From Elusimicrobia bacterium GWA2_51_34 (GTDB lineage: Bacteria; Elusimicrobiota; Elusimicrobia; Elusimicrobiales; UBA9959), in the NCBI GenBank assembly GCA_001799565.1, contig MGTS01000002.1, positions 6,645 to 70,644 on the forward strand: a stretch of DNA of 64,000 nucleotides, in the 5' to 3' direction. Both the position numbers and the translations under genes were made by a program. This document shows, piece after piece, positions 29,774-38,091 of this stretch (its first letter is position 1; the number at the start of each line of letters is the position of its first letter). The notes under the pieces were generated by a model. The model saw only the letters and a list, made by a program, of their open reading frames with translations, ran no database searches and had not been told where the DNA came from.

Positions 29774-31300
29774 ATGAACTATGTGAAAAAAAATCGCGTA
29801 CCACTAACTTCCGCGCTGCTTGCGGTTTACCTGCTTTTCAGCGCGCCGATGACGTCCGCCGCCCAGCCGCCGGAGCCGGGCGCGTGGGCGGTGGCTGGTT
29901 CCTCTATGCAGGGGATGGAAGATATGCCGGGGATGGCAGACGAGCAGCCTGGCGCTCCGGAAAAACTTACACCATATCAGACCGGCGTCCAGCTGTATCT
30001 TAAGGGAAGCGACGGCGAAGCTATTTCACAGCTCGAGGAGGCTCTGCGGCTGGATGCGTCCGATGAAAAGGCAAAACGGCTGCTTCTTAAAGTTATGTTG
30101 AGGGCCATAAATGGCAATTATGAACGGAACAATTACGCAAAGGCGCATCTTTTCATCCAGGCGGCCCGTAAATATTTCCCGGACAATCCCGAGGTTAAGC
30201 TTTTATACAGTGCAATGTCGGAGTCCAACTCCGCTGTTAAACAAAAAATACCGGCGGCACGGCCTGAAAACCCGCCCATCCGCCTTAAGCGGACGATAGA
30301 AGTCCGGCGTTCAACTTTGGCTCCGGCCCCGGCTCCGGCGCCGCAAAAGACGGTTCAAGCTCCCGCGGTTTCCATGCAGAATCCAGCCGCCCGCGCCCCA
30401 TCAGGGAGTTGGCCGGGTAACGCGGCATATTTAGCGGTAACAGCGGCGGCGCTTTTTATTTTCATCTATTCTCGGCGGAAACAGGAAAAGGACCTTTTGC
30501 GGCGGATAGAATCTCTGCAGAAAGCGCTGGTAGACGGAGAGGTCAGGAACGCGGAAATTTACAAGGAACTGGAAAGATGGAAGAATCTGGAAGAGCAAAA
30601 TAAAGAACTGTCCGAACTCAGAAAATCCAGGGAAGAACGCATGTATCTGGAACTTGAAAAGTTAAAAGCGGAGGAAGAAGCGAAAATAATGGCGGAACTC
30701 GCCCTAAAACGCCGCGAAGCGGAGCGCGCCGCTAGCCCCGCGCCGGAGGCCGGTAAAAATCCTTTTTCTGCCCCCTGCAGCCAGGGAACCGGGGAAGTGT
30801 CCGCGCTTCCCGCCGAATCTTTACCCGCAGGCGGGCCAAAATGTGTTATCCCGCCGCCTGCTTGCCCGGAAACCGGCCTTCGTCCCAAAGCAGGTGGCGG
30901 GGTGGCCGCCGGGCCGCAAGAGAACAATATCCTTAAAATGCTTGCCGGCATTACCCCGCCGGAAAGAGAGGCGGCGTGGAAAAGGATCGCCGCCCGGGCG
31001 GCGGATCTTTATGAGACTTCGCCTGAGGAGACCATAAAATTCCTTTATAATCTCGCCAAAGACGAAAACCCCCTGAACAGGGCGAGTATCGCGGGCGCCC
31101 TGGCCGTGATAGGCGCCCCGGCGACCCTGGATATCCTTTTCGAGCTGTATAACGACGCCAGCATGGAAGTCCGGCGGGAAGCGATAAAACATCTGACCGG
31201 GCTGCAGCGGAATCTGACGGTTCCCATTGACGAAGCGTACCGGGAAAAAATAGCCGGCTGCCTGCGGGAGGAGAAGGAAAAAGGGGACTGGGTATTTTAA
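29774..31300 (+). CDS. Bitopic membrane protein: periplasmic TPR, TM, cytoplasmic coiled coil and HEAT repeats
   Basis: Signal peptide, TPR, TM YLAVTAAALFIFIY, coiled coil, HEAT (D....VRREAI). Confidence 0.7.
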   Translation: MNYVKKNRVPLTSALLAVYLLFSAPMTSAAQPPEPGAWAVAGSSMQGMEDMPGMADEQPGAPEKLTPYQTGVQLYLKGSDGEAISQLEEALRLDASDEKAKRLLLKVMLRAINGNYERNNYAKAHLFIQAARKYFPDNPEVKLLYSAMSESNSAVKQKIPAARPENPPIRLKRTIEVRRSTLAPAPAPAPQKTVQAPAVSMQNPAARAPSGSWPGNAAYLAVTAAALFIFIYSRRKQEKDLLRRIESLQKALVDGEVRNAEIYKELERWKNLEEQNKELSELRKSREERMYLELEKLKAEEEAKIMAELALKRREAERAASPAPEAGKNPFSAPCSQGTGEVSALPAESLPAGGPKCVIPPPACPETGLRPKAGGGVAAGPQENNILKMLAGITPPEREAAWKRIAARAADLYETSPEETIKFLYNLAKDENPLNRASIAGALAVIGAPATLDILFELYNDASMEVRREAIKHLTGLQRNLTVPIDEAYREKIAGCLREEKEKGDWVF

Positions 31301-31467
31301 CATGCAACTCACCGTCCCTTTGTGAAATTTGATAAAAATTTGAACCGGGTTTAAGTTTTCCATTAACTAGCGGCGGTACGATATAAGTGCCGGATAATTT
31401 TTACGGAAACCTGAAGGAAGGATCAAGAGAACACCGTATAGTTTATGATAAAAAAGCGGATAACTAT

Positions 31468-32406
31468 ATGAACAAGACCCTTATGGTGGCCGACGATGAC
31501 AAGACTTTTCGCCGCATAATAAGCCGTGTGTTTGAGGGCTCCGGCTGGCAGGTGGAAACAGCGGAAGACGGCGTGACCGCGCTTGAGCGCATAGGCGCGC
31601 GGCCGCCGGATGTGATATTGATAGACCTTAATATGCCGCGTCTTGGAGGGTGGAAGCTGCTGGCGCGCATACGCGCCAACCCGCGCCTGGCCATGATACC
31701 GGTTATTATACTCAGCGGCGCCGTCGCGCCCCTGGAACAGGCGCTGGAATTCGGCCTGAGCGCGGATGATTTTATATACAAACCTTTCAATAATCAGGAA
31801 CTGGTTGCAAGGGTGGAAGGCGCAGCCCGGCGGAGCCGGCGTGTGCCCGGTGCAAGCCCTCTTACTCTCCTGCCGGGGGGATCGGCCATAGAGGAAGAGG
31901 CCGTGCGGCGCATAAAAGCAGGCGGGCCGCTGGCATTTTTTTATATTGATATAGACAATTTCAAGGCATATAACGACAGTTACGGCTATCTGAACGGGGA
32001 TAACGTCATAAAATGCGCCGCAGGCCTGCTGACGGATACAGCAAATGTTTTTGTCGCGGAAGACGTTTTTCTGGGGCATATAGGCGGTGATGATTTTGTG
32101 GTAATGGCTAAGCCGTCCCGGGCTGAAGATATGGCGCTGGCGGTAGCCGCGGGGTTTGATACGATGGCCTCCGGGTTTTACAGCGCCGTTGACCGGGCGC
32201 GCGGATTTATAGTTTCAAAAGACCGTTCGGGCGTTGCCCGGGAATTTCCGCTTATGACGCTTAGTATCGCCATAGTCTCAAACGAAAAACGCGTGCTGGG
32301 CCATTACGCCAAAATAGTGGATATAGCCGGCGAGATAAAAAAGCATCTGAAAAACCTTAAAAACCGTTCCGGCAGCATTTACCTCAAAGATCGCCGGGCG
32401 GATTAA
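31468..32406 (+). CDS. Response-regulator diguanylate cyclase (REC-GGDEF)
   Basis: Receiver plus DIDNFKAYNDSYGY..GD and GHIGGDDF. Confidence 0.92.
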   Translation: MNKTLMVADDDKTFRRIISRVFEGSGWQVETAEDGVTALERIGARPPDVILIDLNMPRLGGWKLLARIRANPRLAMIPVIILSGAVAPLEQALEFGLSADDFIYKPFNNQELVARVEGAARRSRRVPGASPLTLLPGGSAIEEEAVRRIKAGGPLAFFYIDIDNFKAYNDSYGYLNGDNVIKCAAGLLTDTANVFVAEDVFLGHIGGDDFVVMAKPSRAEDMALAVAAGFDTMASGFYSAVDRARGFIVSKDRSGVAREFPLMTLSIAIVSNEKRVLGHYAKIVDIAGEIKKHLKNLKNRSGSIYLKDRRAD

Positions 32407-32484
32407 CGCCTCAGATATCCGGTGACATAATACCTATATATGCCGGAATTAAGTATTATGTCACCGGATTACCGGAGTGAAAAT

Positions 32485-33045
32485 ATGGCCAAAATACTTG
32501 TTGCAGACGACAACGGTATGGCGCGCGACCCGCTTTCCGTTTTGCTTGCGAACGCCAAGCACGAGGTGTTTGCCGCGATAGAGCGTATGTTCGGGTTGCG
32601 ACGCGGGGGAAAGCTTCCCGGGTCTGAGGCGGGTAAGCCGGCGGAGAACCCCGCTGCCAAAATTTTGTCCGGTCCGGCCGCGGGGCTCGTGCTTATAGCC
32701 GACGATGACCCGGAAACGCGCGCGGTACTGCGCCGCTTTCTGGCGACGCTTGATTGCGAAACCATTGAGGCGGAAGACGGGCCTGCGGCGCTTGAGCTTG
32801 CGCGCGCGCGCAGGCCGGATATTGTGCTGCTTGATGTTTTTATGCCGAAAAAAAACGGCGTGGATGTGCTTAAAGAGCTGGCGCCTGAAATGCCGCGTAC
32901 CGGTTTCATTATGGTTACCGGCAATGAAGACGAGGAGGTTGCGCGCGAATGCCTGGAATCCGGCGCTTTTGATTACGTCTCAAAGCCGGTGAATATTGAC
33001 GTCCTGGGTAACACCATAAAAGCCCGCCTGCCGCCGCATCAATAA
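32485..33045 (+). CDS. Response regulator: internally deleted REC stub fused to an intact REC
   Basis: MAKILVADDN...HEVF stub, then complete receiver (LDVFMP, VTG, SKP). Confidence 0.8.
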   Translation: MAKILVADDNGMARDPLSVLLANAKHEVFAAIERMFGLRRGGKLPGSEAGKPAENPAAKILSGPAAGLVLIADDDPETRAVLRRFLATLDCETIEAEDGPAALELARARRPDIVLLDVFMPKKNGVDVLKELAPEMPRTGFIMVTGNEDEEVARECLESGAFDYVSKPVNIDVLGNTIKARLPPHQ

Positions 33046-33074
33046 CCGGAGGACACCAGTGTCCTTATATTTAA

Positions 33075-33203
33075 TATCCGATTATAACTCTGCGTCTGTA
33101 TTATGACGCCGCTTTAAAGCAAGCTGAGACTACTGAATTTTCGTTTCACTCGCTTCGGCACACGTTCGCGAGCCATTTTATAAAGCTTACCCATGACCTA
33201 TAC
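33075..33203 (+). pseudogene. Tyrosine recombinase (phage integrase) fragment
   Basis: Translates ...AALKQAETTEFSFHSLRHTFASHFIKLTHDLY, containing box II HxLRHTFASH; no start codon, no catalytic Tyr. Confidence 0.8.
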
Positions 33204-33223
33204 AGAAGCAGGCAGTTGCACAT

Positions 33224-33263
33224 TGAAATTCGAAAGTATCACTTTCGAATTTCATGGTATAAT
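33224..33263 (+). promoter_or_regulatory. Perfect 14-bp inverted repeat (operator-like) abutting an extended -10 promoter
   Basis: TGAAATTCGAAAGT-ATC-ACTTTCGAATTTCA followed by TGGTATAAT, 5 nt before ATG 33269. Confidence 0.7.
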
Positions 33264-33268
33264 AAAAC

Positions 33269-34426
33269 ATGCAAATAAAACGTCCCGCATTATTACGGCA
33301 TTTGAAAGCTTCTGTAAAACGCAACCGTGTAACCGCTCTTATCGGTCCGCGACAGTGCGGCAAAACCACGCTGGCGCGGCAACTGGTCAACGTAGAGTCT
33401 ATTAATTACTTTGACCTTGAGGACCCGGCAAGTTTGGCCAGGCTTGCCGAGCCCGCCACCGCATTGCGTGAACTGAAAGGGTTAATTGTAATTGATGAAA
33501 TTCAGCGAAAGCCGGAATTATTCCCCGTAATAAGAGTGCTGGCGGACCGTACCCCGCTGCCGGCGAAGTTTTTGGTTTTAGGCAGCGCTTCACCGGCGCT
33601 TCTGCGGCAATCTTCGGAATCTCTGGCTGGCCGCGTTGAAACCATCGCCATAAGCGGCTTTAGTCTTTGTGAAACAGGTATTAAGTCGCACTTGCGTCAG
33701 TGGCTTAGGGGCGGGTTCCCGCCATCCTTCCTGGCCAAAACGGAAGCCGACAGCCTGGCCTGGCGGAAAAATTTTATACAAACATTTATTGAGCGCGACC
33801 TCCATCAATGGGGAATAGGCGTTCCCCCGGCTGCATTAATGCGTTTTTGGGCGATGCTGGCGCATTACCACGGTGATACCTGGAGCGCCGCCGAACCGGC
33901 CCGGGCTTTAGGGATAAGCGAGCCTACCGTCAGACATTATCTGGACATTTTGTCCGGCATTTTCATGGTTAGGCAGCTCCAGCCATGGCACGCCAGCCTG
34001 AAAAAAAGGCAGGTTAAGGCGCCAAAAATATATTTTCGCGACACCGGCCTGCTTCATCAGATGCTCGGAATTCTCTCAGAAAAAGACCTGTATATGCACC
34101 CGAAATACGGCAAATCCTGGGAAGGGTATATTATTGAAGAAACAATAAAAGCGACAGAGCCGGATGCCGCGTATTATTGGGCTACGCATGGCGGAGCGGA
34201 ACTGGATCTTCTGCTGGTTAAAAACGGAAGGATGCTGGGCGTTGAATGTAAGCGCGTGGATGCGCCGCGCCTGACGCCTTCAATGGTTATGGCGCAGAAA
34301 GACCTTAAGCTTGAGCAGATTGCCGTTATATATCCCGGCAATAAGCGTTATTCGCTGCAAGACAAGGTGCACGCGGTGCCTTTTGAGGCGATGGCGGATG
34401 GAATGAAGGGTTTGTTCGGCAAGTAG
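33269..34426 (+). CDS. AAA_14 / DUF4143 family ATPase
   Basis: GPRQCGKTT, IDEIQ, LGSAS, ESLAGR, KAPKIYFRDTG, ELDLL...VECK. Confidence 0.9.
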   Translation: MQIKRPALLRHLKASVKRNRVTALIGPRQCGKTTLARQLVNVESINYFDLEDPASLARLAEPATALRELKGLIVIDEIQRKPELFPVIRVLADRTPLPAKFLVLGSASPALLRQSSESLAGRVETIAISGFSLCETGIKSHLRQWLRGGFPPSFLAKTEADSLAWRKNFIQTFIERDLHQWGIGVPPAALMRFWAMLAHYHGDTWSAAEPARALGISEPTVRHYLDILSGIFMVRQLQPWHASLKKRQVKAPKIYFRDTGLLHQMLGILSEKDLYMHPKYGKSWEGYIIEETIKATEPDAAYYWATHGGAELDLLLVKNGRMLGVECKRVDAPRLTPSMVMAQKDLKLEQIAVIYPGNKRYSLQDKVHAVPFEAMADGMKGLFGK

Positions 34427-34623
34427 TTATAACATATGAAAAAATACGTAAGGCCTCTGTTGCGGCTTGGCAGTCGGCTATTCGCTTGTCAAAGCAGCAT
34501 TTACGGTCAAAATATGCCAAATTTGGCTTCTGAGTGGGCACCAATATGGACACCAAGCCCTTCCGAAACCTTACCTGCTTTTCCAAAAAATGCTAATATT
34601 GTCAATGTAGAAATACCACGAAT

Positions 34624-34695
34624 GCCGCGGTAGCTCAGTGGTAGAGCACTGGTCTGAAAAACCAGGTGTCGTTGGTTCGATCCCAACCCGCGGCA
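34624..34695 (+). tRNA. tRNA-Phe (GAA), CCA not encoded
   Basis: Acceptor stem GCCGCGG/CCGCGGC, D arm, anticodon arm CTGGT-CTGAAAA-ACCAG, TTCGA T-loop. Confidence 0.96.
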
Positions 34696-34780
34696 GGTTT
34701 AGCAGTACAGGTGGATAGGCTGCCCGCCAAACAGCCGGCGGGTCCGCTTGAGGCGGATAGGCAATTAGACTATTAGGTAA

Positions 34781-34814
34781 GGCCGTCTGATGGCCATAGG
34801 CCTTGATACGGCAC
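34781..34814 (+). repeat. 34-nt structured repeat, copy 1
   Basis: GGCCGTCTGAT-GGCC ATA GGCC-TTGAT-ACGGCAC. Confidence 0.8.
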
Positions 34815-34889
34815 TGGCATAGCCTTGAACCAGATTTTACTAACAGCCTAATAGCGCCTATAGCCTTCACCTAAACAATCTGGATAGAT

Positions 34890-35261
34890 ATGCCCATGAT
34901 ACAGAAGATACTTGTAGCCGACGACGATTTGGACATGCTTGAGTTGTTGAAGACGCTGCTTTCAAAGGCGGGGTACGCGGTGATAACCGCTGAAAACGGA
35001 CTGGAAGCGGTTGAAAAAGCCCAAAAAGAGCTGCCCGCTCTGGTTATGCTTGATATACATATGCCGCAGATGGACGGCCTGCAGGCCTGCAAAGCGATAA
35101 AATCCGGACAGCTCACTAAATCGGTGCCGGTGGTGATGCTGACTGTTGAAGGCAGCATGTCGGAAATACAGCAGGCTATGGGCTACGGCGCTAAAACCTA
35201 CCTTACAAAACCCTCCAGCAGCGAAGAAATACTGAAAGTGGTGAAAAGTATACTTTCATAA
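34890..35261 (+). CDS. Single-domain response regulator
   Basis: VADDD, LDIHMP, LT, TKP. Confidence 0.9.
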   Translation: MPMIQKILVADDDLDMLELLKTLLSKAGYAVITAENGLEAVEKAQKELPALVMLDIHMPQMDGLQACKAIKSGQLTKSVPVVMLTVEGSMSEIQQAMGYGAKTYLTKPSSSEEILKVVKSILS

Positions 35262-35302
35262 AACAAGTGATTAAGTGATTAAGTGATTTTGTTTGGGAAA
35301 AG

Positions 35303-35336
35303 AAAAGAACGGCCTGATATTTCAAGCCGTTCTTTT
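35303..35336. terminator. Bidirectional intrinsic terminator between convergent genes
   Basis: AAAAGAACGGC...GCCGTTCTTTT. Confidence 0.7.
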
Positions 35337-35371
35337 TACTTACTCTTACTCAATCACTTAATCACTCATTA

Positions 35372-36559
35372 CTAAATCACTCGCAACAATGCGAAATGCA
35401 GATATTCGGTTTCGGGCATGTTGAGGAGTATCGGATGGTCTTTAGCCTGTGAGCGCAGCTCTAAGAGTATTGTTTTTCTGCCAGCCTTTGCCGCCGCCTC
35501 GGCGAGGATACCGGTAAAAATTTCACGCGAAATGTGGTGAGAGCAGGATGAAACGGCAAGCAGTCCGCCTTCCGGCAGGGCGGATAGCGCCTGGGTGTTC
35601 AGCCTTATAAAAAGTTTTGCGGCCTGGTTAAGATTCTTTTTACTCCGCACGAAATTCGGCGGATCAAGCAGTATGAAATCCGGCTGCTCCGGCAGTTCTT
35701 TGCGCGAAGCCGCCGACAAGATCCTTTCCGCGTCTTCTTTCTTAAATACTATTTTTTCTTCAAGGCCGTTCAGCGCCGCGTTTTCTTCCGCCAGTTCCAC
35801 GGCAGACTGCGAGGAATCCACCGCCCATATTTTTTGCGCGCCGGAGGCGGACGCGGTCACGGCGAAGCCGCCCAGGTAAGTATAAAGGTCAAGCACTTTT
35901 CTTCCCTTGAAATAAGGGGCCATGGCGGCCCTGTTTTCACGCTGGTCAAAATACCAGCCGGTTTTTTGCCCTTCCGAAAGGCGCACTTTATATTTCAGTC
36001 CGTTTTCCTCTATAACGGCGGTTTCCGGCATTTCCCCGAAAACGCTTTCTTCGTAAAGCTCAAGGCCTTCCAGCGTTCTGAAAGGGTGTGTATTTTTTAG
36101 AAGAACGGCTTTCGGGCGCAGCAATTGTTTCGCGGCGTCAAGTATTTCAGTTTTAAGCTTTTCAGTTCCGGCCGACAGCATTTCCATTACCAGATAATCA
36201 CCGTAGCGGTCTATTATAAGCCCCGGCAGGCCGTCGGACTCGCCGTAGCACAGGCGGCAGAATCGCTCCACCCCGAGGGCTTTGCGGTACTCCATGGCGG
36301 CTTTCAGGCGGTCCGATACTAAATCGCCGTTGAGTTCCAGCGTGCCGTTCTTCAGCAGGCGCATGGCGATAAGGCTGCGCGGGTTGAAAAAACCGATCCC
36401 CGCTGGTTTGCCGTCCGGGTAGAGCAACCCGCAAATAGAGCCCGGCTCTATTGTTTTATCAACGGTAACAAGCTCGTTTGAGAACACCCAAAGGTGCCCC
36501 CCGGCTATTCTCTTGCCGCCATCGGGTTTTAATTGCAGAGTTTTTATTTGGGTTTTCAT
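35372..36559 (-). CDS. rlmI: RlmI-like class I SAM-dependent rRNA methyltransferase (PUA domain)
   Basis: GHLWVFSNE, ESDGLPGLIIDRY, GQKTGWYFDQRENR, LDPP. Confidence 0.82.
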   Translation of the reverse strand: MKTQIKTLQLKPDGGKRIAGGHLWVFSNELVTVDKTIEPGSICGLLYPDGKPAGIGFFNPRSLIAMRLLKNGTLELNGDLVSDRLKAAMEYRKALGVERFCRLCYGESDGLPGLIIDRYGDYLVMEMLSAGTEKLKTEILDAAKQLLRPKAVLLKNTHPFRTLEGLELYEESVFGEMPETAVIEENGLKYKVRLSEGQKTGWYFDQRENRAAMAPYFKGRKVLDLYTYLGGFAVTASASGAQKIWAVDSSQSAVELAEENAALNGLEEKIVFKKEDAERILSAASRKELPEQPDFILLDPPNFVRSKKNLNQAAKLFIRLNTQALSALPEGGLLAVSSCSHHISREIFTGILAEAAAKAGRKTILLELRSQAKDHPILLNMPETEYLHFALLRVI

Positions 36560-36620
36560 AAAAAATATTATTAATCCGGCAAATTCATCCCCCCGGACCC
36601 GTCCGCCTTAGGCGGACGGG

Positions 36621-37406
36621 TTATTCATCAATTGAGGTTATGGCCTCCACCTGGGTGCCGATGGAAACTCCGAAGGTCCTGGCAAAATTTCCGTTCCGCA
36701 CAGAAAGTTCCAGGAAGCCGGAGGAGCCTATAAGCGCCAGTTCTGAGCCTTCATTTACCGAAGCGTATGTCAGTTTAAGGCCTTTAATAAGATGATCTGA
36801 AACAGTAAAAATGGTTTTGGCGTTTATGTGATGCTGAGTTATATTGGCTATGGCGTTGCCGAAATGGTCTATGGCGATTATCTGGCCTATAACGCGGTTG
36901 CCGGTTTTTTTAGGGTGGGGGAAGGGAAATTTACGGTGACCGGTGAACAGCGGGCCTATTTTTCCTTCCGCCAGGCCCTTGGCCACGGCTGCCGCCACCG
37001 GGGCTATTATGTCGCGGCCGTGAAAAGTGGAGCTGATGCGGTTTAAAAACAGCGAGGTGTTGTTTATGAAACGGGCCTCTTCTATTTTTTCTATTTCCTC
37101 CACCCAGCTTATAAGGCCGTTGTCCGGGGCTATGAACTGGTAATTTTTAGTTCTGGCCCAGATTATGCCGCGCCCTGTGCCCACCGTGGGGTCCACCACC
37201 GCCATAAATAAAGTGCCTTTAGGCATATAGGGCATGGAGGACATAAGGAAAAAAGCGGCTGTCCGTATATCCTGGGGCGGTATGTGGTGGGTGATGTCAA
37301 TAATACTGAGCCCGGGGTTTTTTGACAGCAAAACGCCTTTCATCGTGCCCACAAAGGGGTCGTTGGTGCCGAAGTCTGAAAGCAGGGCGATGGTATTGGT
37401 TTTCAT
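36621..37406 (-). CDS. SAM hydroxide adenosyltransferase / chlorinase-fluorinase family (DUF62)
   Basis: LLSDFG, VVDPTVG, APDNG, TFHGRD, DHFGN. Confidence 0.92.
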   Translation of the reverse strand: MKTNTIALLSDFGTNDPFVGTMKGVLLSKNPGLSIIDITHHIPPQDIRTAAFFLMSSMPYMPKGTLFMAVVDPTVGTGRGIIWARTKNYQFIAPDNGLISWVEEIEKIEEARFINNTSLFLNRISSTFHGRDIIAPVAAAVAKGLAEGKIGPLFTGHRKFPFPHPKKTGNRVIGQIIAIDHFGNAIANITQHHINAKTIFTVSDHLIKGLKLTYASVNEGSELALIGSSGFLELSVRNGNFARTFGVSIGTQVEAITSIDE

Positions 37407-37494
37407 GAGTTAAGAGGCGGCAGGTAGCAGGTATCAGGTAGCAGGCAGAATTTTTTCGCCTGTGACCTGCAACCTGTCACCTGTAACCTTCATG

Positions 37495-38091
37495 CTATTC
37501 CTGTCCGTGAGCTCGGTGGTGTGTTGAGCCGGGCACGGTCAGCGGCATCTTCTGGCCGCAAAGGGGACAATTGTCCGGCGGGAAAAGCTGAAGGGGATAG
37601 GAAATAAGGCCCCTAACCGGCACATTAAGAGCGAGGTCACCGGTGGAACGGTCAACTATGGCGGCCACGCCTATTACCTTGGCGCGATATCCGCGCGCGA
37701 GATTTACGGCCTCCGCGCAGAGGCGGCCCGTGTTAAGCACGTCGTCAACCACCAGCACGCGTTCGCCTTCCGAAATCTTGAAATCCCTTTTAAGCACCAT
37801 CACGCCGTTTATTTTTTCGGTAAATATGGCGCGCGCCTTTTTCACGCGGGCCACTTCCTGGCCTATAACCACCGAGCCGAGAGAGGGGGAAATAACCACA
37901 TTTATTTCCTGCGGAAATTTCAGGGCCATTTCACGCGCCACCTTCTGCGCCAGGTGAGGGTATTGCAGCAAAAGGGAGGTCTGTATATAGGTTTGTGAGT
38001 GAAATCCCGACGGCAGTTGAAAATGGCCGTTTAAAACAGCGCCGTGTTCCTGTAAAAGGCCCACCACATCCAGTTTCCCAAGTTTTGACAT
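37495..38091 (-). CDS. pyrE: Orotate phosphoribosyltransferase
   Basis: GHFQLPSG.HS..Y and PRPP motif VLVVDDVLNTG. Confidence 0.85.
   Translation of the reverse strand: MSKLGKLDVVGLLQEHGAVLNGHFQLPSGFHSQTYIQTSLLLQYPHLAQKVAREMALKFPQEINVVISPSLGSVVIGQEVARVKKARAIFTEKINGVMVLKRDFKISEGERVLVVDDVLNTGRLCAEAVNLARGYRAKVIGVAAIVDRSTGDLALNVPVRGLISYPLQLFPPDNCPLCGQKMPLTVPGSTHHRAHGQE

Noticed and set aside
34436-34633. 65-aa ORF before tRNA-Phe
   Set aside because: Overlaps the tRNA; at most a decayed integrase tail
34782-34791. Neisseria DNA uptake sequence (GCCGTCTGAA)
   Set aside because: Copies read GCCGTCTGAT, only three were seen, and they are part of a longer hairpin
36621-37406. True fluorinase/chlorinase
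   Set aside because: TFHGRD motif and housekeeping context fit the common DUF62 SAM hydrolase; halogenase activity cannot be supported
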